NCBI GenBank assembly: GCA_944388715.1
Contig: CALXJV010000002.1
Span: 1-47,061 of the forward strand
DNA: 47,061 nucleotides
Direction: 5' to 3'
Origin: an uncultured Clostridia bacterium
GTDB taxonomy: Bacteria > Bacillota > Clostridia > TANB77 > CAG-508
Each line of letters begins with the position of its first letter. The first letter of the stretch is position 1. A program made the position numbers and the translations under genes. Below the pieces are notes generated by a model. It was not told where the DNA came from and searched no databases. It was given only the letters and a program-made list of their open reading frames with translations. Of this stretch, positions 29,246 through 37,233 are shown one piece after another.

Positions 29246-30517
29246 TTAACCGGTTCTTGTTACTACTTCTACGATATTACTAATTGATAATATATGATAT
29301 TGCATTATATCTATCTGGTTAGCATATTGTGGAATAATAATTTTGGCATATTCACACATTGGAACTACATATTCTTGGTTCTCTCTTGTGTAAGCTTTCA
29401 TTTCTTCATAAGTAGCTTTTGCCAAAAACGTGCACGTATGTGCTCTGTTAGAGAGTTTCTCCAAAATTGCTCTTGGCTCCTTCTTGATTCTCTCATAATA
29501 GTCCTTAAGTGGCATATCTTTGTTAGAAACAATGTCTACAATCCTTGTTACTTCCGGATCAATATCACTATTTTTAACATCTTCATCACTTCCCCAGTGT
29601 GCTTTTTCATGCAGTAATGCCACTGCATTAGTTATATCATCCATAATTCCTAAAGTTATTAAATATGAACTTACTCTTAATGGATGAATAACAAATGGAT
29701 CACCACTTGTTCTAAAGTTTCCCTTATAAAGGTTTTGTGCCATAGACAATGCTATATATGTATTTTGCATTTTTTCCTTTTTAGCACTAACCTCTATAAA
29801 ATCAATCATTTCTTGATAATTTTCTGTATTCTTTGTAATCATCTCTTTCATTTCTAAAATAGATGCCAAAGATTCACAGATTGAAACAATTAAGTTTTCT
29901 AATATTTTTATTACATTAGAAAACTGTGGATACATCATTTTTCCCCCTGTACACAATAGTGGATATATATATTTGTTTACCTCGCGAATATATTTCTTTT
30001 TTCTTTCTTTATTAAATACCTCCATTGTTGTACAGTTATTTGCCCGGTCTGCAAGCTTGATTAATGTAGTCATCCATCTGCTCAAGATAACCATATAATA
30101 TTCATCAGGATCATATGATTTATCTTTTGAAAGTATATTTACATTAATCCATACTTCTCTATCCAAATGATATACAACTACAAATTCTATTCCCTTATTT
30201 GGAAGGTCACAGTCCTCTATCACATCATGCAACACCGCTGTAGCATATAAAACGTCAAGTTGATGTTTTATCCATTGGTTACTTTTTTCTGGGTACCACT
30301 TTCTTAAATATGTCTCCACACTTAGGAGAATTAAAGTTTTACACACCATCAAAGGATGTATAATATATGGCTCTCCTGAATCCCTATATTGTCCTTGATG
30401 ATATTTTACTGCAAGTTCCAATGCAATAATTAAATTCCGCATGTTATTAATTATTGCATATTTTTTCAAATAATTATATTCAATTTGCCAATCTAAACCG
30501 GTCGATTTATTCATCAT
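29246..30517 (-). CDS. Tandem SpoT/RelA-type HD (ppGpp-hydrolase-like) domain protein; second copy degenerate
   Basis: N-terminal half: HQGQYRDSGEPYIIHP, LHDVIEDC, KLADRANN. C-terminal half: YKGNFRTSGDPFVIHP, LLHEKAHW, KLSNRAHT. Confidence 0.65.
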   Translation of the reverse strand: MMNKSTGLDWQIEYNYLKKYAIINNMRNLIIALELAVKYHQGQYRDSGEPYIIHPLMVCKTLILLSVETYLRKWYPEKSNQWIKHQLDVLYATAVLHDVIEDCDLPNKGIEFVVVYHLDREVWINVNILSKDKSYDPDEYYMVILSRWMTTLIKLADRANNCTTMEVFNKERKKKYIREVNKYIYPLLCTGGKMMYPQFSNVIKILENLIVSICESLASILEMKEMITKNTENYQEMIDFIEVSAKKEKMQNTYIALSMAQNLYKGNFRTSGDPFVIHPLRVSSYLITLGIMDDITNAVALLHEKAHWGSDEDVKNSDIDPEVTRIVDIVSNKDMPLKDYYERIKKEPRAILEKLSNRAHTCTFLAKATYEEMKAYTRENQEYVVPMCEYAKIIIPQYANQIDIMQYHILSISNIVEVVTRTG

Positions 30518-30724
30518 TTCTACCTCCTTTTTATGAATCTAGGATTTCCAAATTCCGACAATATTATACATTATTATTTGCTTTATGTCAATCAGATTAT
30601 TCATACTATAACTTAACCCTCTTGAAGTTTTTTTTGTTTAATGTTATTATATTTCTAATAGGATATACAAAAGTCATTAAAATTTCACGTAAGTATCCTA
30701 TAATATAAATACAATACATTCAAA

Positions 30725-31693
30725 ATGAAGGGAATGATTTTTTATATGAAACAACCAGAATTCGATTTTTATGATAAAACAAGTCTTAAATCATACAATT
30801 TAGATAAAACCATGAGATATCAATTAGACATGTTAGACACACTAGATGTTTTCACAAGAAAACACTGTGAAAATGTAGCCTCTTTAACTTGTAGGCTTTG
30901 TGAATATTTACACTGTAACAAAGGTTTTACAGAATATTGTACAATATGTGCATATTTACATGATATTGGAAAATTATTTATACCACCTTCAATATTACAA
31001 AAACCTGGAAAATTAACTGATGAAGAATATGAAGTTATGAAAACACATACTACTTTAGGCTATGAAATGTGTATGAAGGATTTAAAACTACGACCTTATG
31101 CAGCTGGTCCTTTATACCATCATGAAGCTTTAAATGGTTCAGGTTATCCTCAAGGTTTGACCAAAAAGGATATTCCTTATGAAGGTCAAATTATAAGAGT
31201 TGCAGATGAGTATGATGCCATTGTAAGTAAAAGACAATATAAATCCCATGTTGGTATATCTGATACATTAAAAATTTTAATTGATGAAACAAAACCTTCT
31301 GTTACTCCAGACTACTCTGGAAGCTTGGGCCATCTTGCAGAAGAAGTTAAACTTGGTAAAAGTAATGCTGTTATAGTTCGTACTTTATTTAAAGTTGTTA
31401 TTGATGATATTGGTTACGAAATTACTTGTACTCAAGGTTATCTTGATTCTTTATCTGATGATATGAAAAGATTTAAAAAGATGGAACAATATAAAGAAAA
31501 AATGGATAAAGCTAAAAAAGATAAAGATAAAAATTATTACTTAGAAGGTATTAAAATATTATTAAAACCTGGTGAAACAGTAGAAAATTTTGAGCAAATT
31601 CATCAAGAATATATTGAAGCTTATGATACAAGAAAAAAAATTATTGATAATCTATATAGTGAAATTAAAAATATTAAAAAATTAAAAGTTTAA
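30725..31693 (+). CDS. HD-GYP domain protein (cyclic-di-nucleotide phosphodiesterase family)
   Basis: YLHDIGK, HHEALNGSGYPQGL and RVADEYDA motifs. The alternative start at 30746 (MKQPEF) is also possible. Confidence 0.8.
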   Translation: MKGMIFYMKQPEFDFYDKTSLKSYNLDKTMRYQLDMLDTLDVFTRKHCENVASLTCRLCEYLHCNKGFTEYCTICAYLHDIGKLFIPPSILQKPGKLTDEEYEVMKTHTTLGYEMCMKDLKLRPYAAGPLYHHEALNGSGYPQGLTKKDIPYEGQIIRVADEYDAIVSKRQYKSHVGISDTLKILIDETKPSVTPDYSGSLGHLAEEVKLGKSNAVIVRTLFKVVIDDIGYEITCTQGYLDSLSDDMKRFKKMEQYKEKMDKAKKDKDKNYYLEGIKILLKPGETVENFEQIHQEYIEAYDTRKKIIDNLYSEIKNIKKLKV

Positions 31694-31703
31694 TAGGTTA
31701 ATA

Positions 31704-31820
31704 GGGACGTGTCAAAATGGACAAAAAATGGTCAAAAGGGACAGGTCAATAAGCTACTAATCTTTAACAACTATTGACCTGTCCCTTTTGACCATTTTTT
31801 GTCCATTTTGACACGTCCCC
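31704..31820. repeat. 117-nt palindrome with perfect 48-bp arms (family A2)
   Basis: 31704-31751 is the exact reverse complement of 31772-31819, with a 20-nt spacer. It lies between the convergent HD-GYP and mazF genes. Confidence 0.95.
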
Positions 31821-31830
31821 AACAACCCAA

Positions 31831-32181
31831 TTATTCTTCCAGCCCAAAGCTTACTCCCAAGGCATTGTTTACTTCATTAATTATTCTTTCGTCATCTATA
31901 TGACCTATTTTTTCTTTTAATCTACTTTTATCTATAGTTCTTATCTGTTCTGCTAAAACTACAGAATTGTTTTTTAATCCACAGCTTTCTGAATCAATCT
32001 CTATATGTGTTGGTAATTTATTTTTTCCTGTCTGTGAAGTTATTGCTGCTGCAATTACTGTTGGACTATATTTATTTCCTAAATCATTTTGTATAATTAG
32101 TACTGGTCTTACTCCTCCCTGTTCAGAACCTACTACTGGGCTTAAGTCTGCATAAAACATATCTCCTCTTTTTATTACCAT
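31831..32181 (-). CDS. mazF: MazF/PemK-family endoribonuclease toxin
   Basis: [32 protein letters not shown]...[10 protein letters not shown]...LPTHIEI...[16 protein letters not shown]. The start was moved to the ATG at 32181, 8 nt after AGGAG. Confidence 0.85.
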   Translation of the reverse strand: MVIKRGDMFYADLSPVVGSEQGGVRPVLIIQNDLGNKYSPTVIAAAITSQTGKNKLPTHIEIDSESCGLKNNSVVLAEQIRTIDKSRLKEKIGHIDDERIINEVNNALGVSFGLEE

Positions 32182-32255
32182 TTTTTTCACTCCTAATACT
32201 GTTATATTATCAAGTATGTGTTTTATTTTAAATATTAGTCATAGTAAAGTTATAA

Positions 32256-32861
32256 TTATTTTAACTTCACTTCTCTATATAATATGTAAACTGATGTGTT
32301 TTTGCTATTATCTTTTATTTCCATTTTAGTAGGTTTACCTGTTTTTTTATCTATATATAATGTTTGATATCTAGTATATTTATTATTTTCATTTTCTGTA
32401 TTTAATATTATTTCATCATCATCTTCTTCATATATTTGTTTTTTATTTAATTTATAATTTTCTATAAATGTATTTAAATCTAGGCAATTGTCTGTCATAT
32501 ATTCATAATCATTATATATTTTTGACATATTTATTTTACTATTTTCAACTTTTAATTCATTATCTTTTTTAGTGATTTTTATTCCTTGTATATTTTCTGG
32601 TTCTATTATTTCTTGTTCTGATATATCTGGAAATATGTATTTTTGTTTAATCGTATATCTATTAGTATTTTTATTACTCTTAACTTCTACTTCTATTACT
32701 GTTTCATATGAACTAATATTTAAAATATTATCAATTATTTCTTGACTAGTACTATTATTTCCAATTTTAAGTTTTTTACTCTTATTTATATAAAAAAATA
32801 TGCAAATACAAATTATGATTATAATAATAACTATTATTATTTTTCTTAATAATTTACTCAA
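32256..32861 (-). CDS. Membrane-anchored LolA-fold-like protein (YdcC/GerS-like)
   Basis: 201-aa ORF with a TTG start after AGGAGG and an N-terminal TM segment. The beta-rich body carries the ...SYETVIEVEVKSNKNTNRYTIKQKY... pattern. The assignment rests on pattern and synteny memory only. Confidence 0.4.
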   Translation of the reverse strand: MSKLLRKIIIVIIIIIICICIFFYINKSKKLKIGNNSTSQEIIDNILNISSYETVIEVEVKSNKNTNRYTIKQKYIFPDISEQEIIEPENIQGIKITKKDNELKVENSKINMSKIYNDYEYMTDNCLDLNTFIENYKLNKKQIYEEDDDEIILNTENENNKYTRYQTLYIDKKTGKPTKMEIKDNSKNTSVYILYREVKLK

Positions 32862-32880
32862 AAAAGCCTCCTATTCCCGA

Positions 32881-32957
32881 TAAAAAAGTAGCAAGAAATT
32901 TATTTATTTTACATTATCAAAATAGAATTTTTATAATGTAAAAATAATTTCTTGCTA
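32881..32957 (-). terminator. Long-stem terminator after dus
   Basis: TAGCAAGAAATT...AATTTCTTGCTA closes a hairpin of about 70 nt, followed on the minus strand by CTTTTTTAT. Confidence 0.55.
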
Positions 32958-32966
32958 AATTTTATT

Positions 32967-33941
32967 CTAGAGACTTTTAAAATATTCATCTAACTTATTT
33001 ACCAATTCTTCTTTTGTTTCTATCTGATTGATAGAGTTTCTAAATTCACTTGAATTTTTTAAGTTTTTTGTATACCAAGCTATATGTTTTCTTAATTCTT
33101 TTACTGCTATTTCGCCTTTTTCTTCAACTGCTAAATCTATATGTCGTTTTATCACTTCCAATTTTTCTTGATTATTAGGTTCTTCTATTTTTTTACCATT
33201 TTCTAAGTATTCTATAATTTCTTTAAATATCCATGGTCTTCCAAAAGAACCTCTACCTATCATAATTCCATCTACGCCTGTATATTCAAACATTATTTTT
33301 GCTGTTTCTCCATCTATTACATCTCCATTTCCTATTACAGGAATTTTAACATTTTCTTTTACTTTTTTTATAATATCCCAATCTGCTTTTCCTGTATAGA
33401 ATTCACTTCTTGTTCTTCCATGTACAGTTATTGCAGATATTCCTACTCTTTCTGCTATTTTAGCAATTTCAACTGCTACTATATTTTCTTTATCCCAACC
33501 TTTTCTTATTTTCAATGTAACTGGAACTGTTGATTTATTTACAACTGCTATTAAAATTTTTTCTGCTTTTTCTAAATCTAATAATAGCTTACTTCCATCT
33601 CCATTTTTTACAACTTTTGGTGCAGGGCATCCCATATTTATATCAACTATATCAGCAATTTTACTAACTTGTTCTGTGGCATACATCATAGATTCTTCAT
33701 CACTACCAAATATTTGCATACTTATTGGTCTTTCTTCTCCTTCTGTATTTAATAATCTTTTGGTTTTCAAATCATTATGAAACATTGCTCTAGAACTGGC
33801 CATTTCTGTACATACCATACCTGCTCCATATTTTTTACATATTATTCTAAATGGTCTGTTTGTTACATCTGCCATTGGTGCTAATATTAAATTATTGGGT
33901 AATTCCACATTTCCTATTTTTAGTTTTTTTATATAATTCAT
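32967..33941 (-). CDS. dus: tRNA-dihydrouridine synthase
   Basis: LAPMADVTNRPFR, DINMGCP and HGRTR motifs. The start was moved to the ATG at 33941 (MNYIKKL), which follows AAGGAG. The ORF-track extension reads through a repeat. Confidence 0.85.
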   Translation of the reverse strand: MNYIKKLKIGNVELPNNLILAPMADVTNRPFRIICKKYGAGMVCTEMASSRAMFHNDLKTKRLLNTEGEERPISMQIFGSDEESMMYATEQVSKIADIVDINMGCPAPKVVKNGDGSKLLLDLEKAEKILIAVVNKSTVPVTLKIRKGWDKENIVAVEIAKIAERVGISAITVHGRTRSEFYTGKADWDIIKKVKENVKIPVIGNGDVIDGETAKIMFEYTGVDGIMIGRGSFGRPWIFKEIIEYLENGKKIEEPNNQEKLEVIKRHIDLAVEEKGEIAVKELRKHIAWYTKNLKNSSEFRNSINQIETKEELVNKLDEYFKSL

Positions 33942-33964
33942 TTTTTCTCCTTTAAAAGACAAAG

Positions 33965-34086
33965 TGGGACAGGTCATAAAATGTATTTTTATTTCGACAA
34001 AATGTGACAAATTTTATTATTAGAAATATAATAAAATCAATAATTTTGGATTTGACTAGTAAAAATACATTTTATGACCTGGTCCA
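33965..34086. repeat. Inverted-repeat element (family A3) with GGGACAGGTCAT termini
   Basis: TGGGACAGGTCATAAAATGTATTTTTA (33965-33991) pairs with TAAAAATACATTTTATGACCTGGTCCA (34060-34086) at 25 of 27 positions. The ~68-nt centre contains GACAAAATGTGACAAA. Confidence 0.7.
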
Positions 34087-34096
34087 TATTGTCTTT

Positions 34097-35203
34097 TTAT
34101 TGTACAAATATTGTTTTTTTTCTTTTTCCACTTATATTTAATAAAAGTCCTATACATATAAAGTTTGTAATTAGTGAACTTCCTCCATAACTTATAAATG
34201 GTAATGGTACACCTGTTATTGGTAATAGTCCCATAACCATACCAATATTTTCTAAGACATGGAATAGAAATATTCCTGTAATCCCAATAGCAATTAACGA
34301 ACCTGCTCTATCTTTAGCTGTTTTTGCAATATAGATACATTTAGTTATCAAATATACATATAGTAATATTATTCCTCCAGCTACTATAAATCCCATTTCT
34401 TCTCCAATAACAGAATATATAAAGTCTGTTGTTTTAGGATATAAGAATCCTAGCTGTGTTTGGTTTCCTTTTAATAATCCCATTCCTGTTAGTCCGCCTG
34501 AACCTATTGCTATTTTTGATTGGATTATATTATATCCTGATCCTCTAGGGTCTGATTCTGGGTTTAAAAATACGTCTATTCTTTCTTTAGCATGTTCTGG
34601 TAACACAAAGTTATATAATAGTGGTACTGCAATTACAATTAGTAAAATTGTTCCTATAATATATTTTTTATCTAGCCCTGCTGAAAATAGCATAAGTGCC
34701 ATCGCTACTATATATGCTAATGCTGTTCCATAGTCTGGTTGCATAACTATTAATAAAATTGGTACTCCCACTACTGCTAATGCTATTGGTAATCTACTTA
34801 TTCTATTTATTTCATCTTGCCCTTTATGTTGTATTTTTAAAATTGTATATGTTAAAAATAGAATTACAAATACTTTGGCAAATTCACCAGGTTGCAATGA
34901 AAACGCTCCTATATTAAACCAGCTTGTGGCTCCATTAATTGGAGATGTAAATAATACTCCTATTAATAATATTATAAATATGCCATATAATACTGGTGAT
35001 GCTTTTAATAATAAATTGTAGTCTATAAACATTACTATTACCATAGCTATTAAACTAACTACAAGCCATATTATTTGCTTTGTAAATTCATCATATTCAG
35101 TTTCTTGTGTGGCAGAAAATAATGCAACTATTCCTATTATACACAGAATAATTGCAGTAATTAAAATTCCCCACTCCATATTTTTTAATTCTCTTTTTCT
35201 CAT
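34097..35203 (-). CDS. rodA: SEDS-family peptidoglycan polymerase, RodA-like (FtsW/RodA/SpoVE)
   Basis: Polytopic protein with the GYNIIQSKIAIGSGGLTGMG and PKTTDFIYSVIGEEMGF blocks. It sits downstream of minDE. Confidence 0.8.
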   Translation of the reverse strand: MRKRELKNMEWGILITAIILCIIGIVALFSATQETEYDEFTKQIIWLVVSLIAMVIVMFIDYNLLLKASPVLYGIFIILLIGVLFTSPINGATSWFNIGAFSLQPGEFAKVFVILFLTYTILKIQHKGQDEINRISRLPIALAVVGVPILLIVMQPDYGTALAYIVAMALMLFSAGLDKKYIIGTILLIVIAVPLLYNFVLPEHAKERIDVFLNPESDPRGSGYNIIQSKIAIGSGGLTGMGLLKGNQTQLGFLYPKTTDFIYSVIGEEMGFIVAGGIILLYVYLITKCIYIAKTAKDRAGSLIAIGITGIFLFHVLENIGMVMGLLPITGVPLPFISYGGSSLITNFICIGLLLNISGKRKKTIFVQ

Positions 35204-35345
35204 TAAATCACTCTTTTTCTATTATTTTTTTTGATTTAATTTTTCTTTAGTTCTTCTTTGTCTGCAATTTTTAAATCTTATTAGTTATATTATTTTTGTT
35301 TGTGTTTTAATCAATACATTTATTTTACAACAGTTTTATTTTTTA

Positions 35346-36065
35346 CTATTTATTATACTTTTTATTTTTATGTTCTTTTTTATATTGTTCATTTGTTTTT
35401 TGCTTTTTATAATCATTTTTACTTTCTTTATTCCAATTTTGATTTTCTTTTTCACTTTTATTTTCTTTATTTGAATCTTGATTTTCAGTATTTTTGTCAT
35501 TGCTATTTATTTTTTCTTCTTCATTTCCATTATCTTTTGGCTTTTCTTGATTTTTTTCTGAAACATCATCTGCTACATTTTCGTTTGTGATTTCTTTGTT
35601 TTCTATTTCAGTTTCTTTTTCTTCTACATTATGCTTTTCATTTGTTTGTCCTTCATTATTTTCATTATTTTGCTCTGACTTCTTATCATTTTCTTTGCTT
35701 TGTTTTTCCTCTTTTTTATCTTCATTTTCTTTGGTTGCTTCTTTTGGTTTTTCTATTTTTCTTGCATCATTTTTTATGTTTAAAATTGGTATATTCGCAT
35801 ATAAAGCTGGAGCCCCATTTGTACCATCTTCATTTTCTTTATTTGTCAGCCTTACATCTATTGCTCCTTCATCTATATCTATATATTTTTTTATTACTTC
35901 TATTATTTCTTGTTTCATTAATTCTAAAAAGTCTGCTGAAACATTTGCTCTATCTTGCATAAGAACTAAATGTAATCTTTCTTTTGCAGTATTTTTTGAA
36001 TTTGATGCTACTTTTTCTTCTTTTTTTCTTAATTTATTAAAGAATTTCATTATGCCTTCAAACAT
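35346..36065 (-). CDS. minE: Cell-division topological specificity factor MinE with ~150-aa low-complexity C-terminal extension
   Basis: A MinE core of about 90 aa (AKERLHLVLMQDR...IDVRL...YANIPI), then a K/E/N-rich tail. The start was moved to the ATG at 36065, which follows GGAGGG. Confidence 0.8.
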   Translation of the reverse strand: MFEGIMKFFNKLRKKEEKVASNSKNTAKERLHLVLMQDRANVSADFLELMKQEIIEVIKKYIDIDEGAIDVRLTNKENEDGTNGAPALYANIPILNIKNDARKIEKPKEATKENEDKKEEKQSKENDKKSEQNNENNEGQTNEKHNVEEKETEIENKEITNENVADDVSEKNQEKPKDNGNEEEKINSNDKNTENQDSNKENKSEKENQNWNKESKNDYKKQKTNEQYKKEHKNKKYNK

Positions 36066-36094
36066 TATTAAATTTCCCTCCAACTTTTTGTTTA

Positions 36095-36889
36095 TTATGA
36101 TTTTTTAAATAGTCTTTTTAGTCTTGCGAAAAAACCTTTTTCTCTTCCTGGTATTGTTACCTCTATTTTTTCTCCTAAAACTCTTTTTGCTATTTCTATA
36201 TATGCTTTTCCTGATGGTGCTCTTCTATTTTGAATTACAGGTTCTCCCTTATTTGTTTGTGTAATTATATGCTCATCATCTGGTACAACACCTATTAAAT
36301 CTATTGATAATAAATCTACAATATCATCAACATCCATCATTTCACCTTTTCTTACCATGTTTGGTCTTATTCTATTAATAACTAATTCTGGATTTTTTAT
36401 TTCTGATGATTCTAGAAGTCCTATAATTCTGTCTGCATCTCTTATTGCTGATATCTCTGCTGTTGTAACTACTATTGCCCTGTCTGCTCCAGCAATTGCA
36501 TTTTTGAATCCTTGCTCTATTCCTGCTGGACAATCTATTAATATGTAGTCAAATTCTTCTTTTAATCTTCCTACTAAGTTTCTCATCTGTTCTTCATTTA
36601 CTGCGCTTTTATCTCTTGTTTGGGCTGCTGGTAATAGGTATAATTCTTTGAATCTTTTATCTTTTATTAATGCTTGTCTTAATTTACATTTTTCTTCTAC
36701 AACATCTACTATATCATATACTATTCTGTTTTCTAGTCCCATTACAACGTCTAAATTACGTAGTCCTATATCTGTATCTATTAGTACTACTTTTTTCCCT
36801 TCTAATGCTAAACTTGATCCTAGATTTGCTGTTGTAGTTGTTTTTCCTACTCCACCTTTCCCTGATGTTATGACAATTACTTCTCCCAT
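36095..36889 (-). CDS. minD: Septum site-determining ATPase MinD
   Basis: SGKGGVGKTT deviant Walker A and a C-terminal amphipathic helix (FFARLKRLFKK). Confidence 0.92.
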   Translation of the reverse strand: MGEVIVITSGKGGVGKTTTTANLGSSLALEGKKVVLIDTDIGLRNLDVVMGLENRIVYDIVDVVEEKCKLRQALIKDKRFKELYLLPAAQTRDKSAVNEEQMRNLVGRLKEEFDYILIDCPAGIEQGFKNAIAGADRAIVVTTAEISAIRDADRIIGLLESSEIKNPELVINRIRPNMVRKGEMMDVDDIVDLLSIDLIGVVPDDEHIITQTNKGEPVIQNRRAPSGKAYIEIAKRVLGEKIEVTIPGREKGFFARLKRLFKKS

Positions 36890-36934
36890 AATTTTCCTCC
36901 TTAGGATTTAAAAACACATATTTTTGATGTGTAT

Positions 36935-36963
36935 ATCATATAACGAAATACATAAAATGTCAA
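36935..36963 (-). promoter_or_regulatory. Putative sigma-A promoter for minD
   Basis: The minus strand reads TTGACA-17 nt-TATGAT. Confidence 0.55.
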
Positions 36964-37123
36964 TGATATTTCGTGCTAAAATTACAAAAATATTGCTAAA
37001 ATATTACAAAATTGTTACATCATTCTATTTTTTACTTTAATAATGTATCTCCGTAAATCTTTACTGGATGTTCTCCTTATCCTTTTTTTAGTCCCTAATA
37101 AATTTTAACAATTCCAATATACA

Positions 37124-37170
37124 TATAAAGCCCTCAACTTTATTCAATATAATTGAAATAAAATTGAGGC
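37124..37170 (-). terminator. Terminator after the pilin-like gene
   Basis: On the minus strand: GCCTCAA...TTGAGGGC hairpin followed by TTTAT. Confidence 0.55.
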
Positions 37171-37233
37171 AATCTTTATTACTATCTTAAATTATGGCTA
37201 ACTACATTATAGTTAATATCTTATAATAATTTT

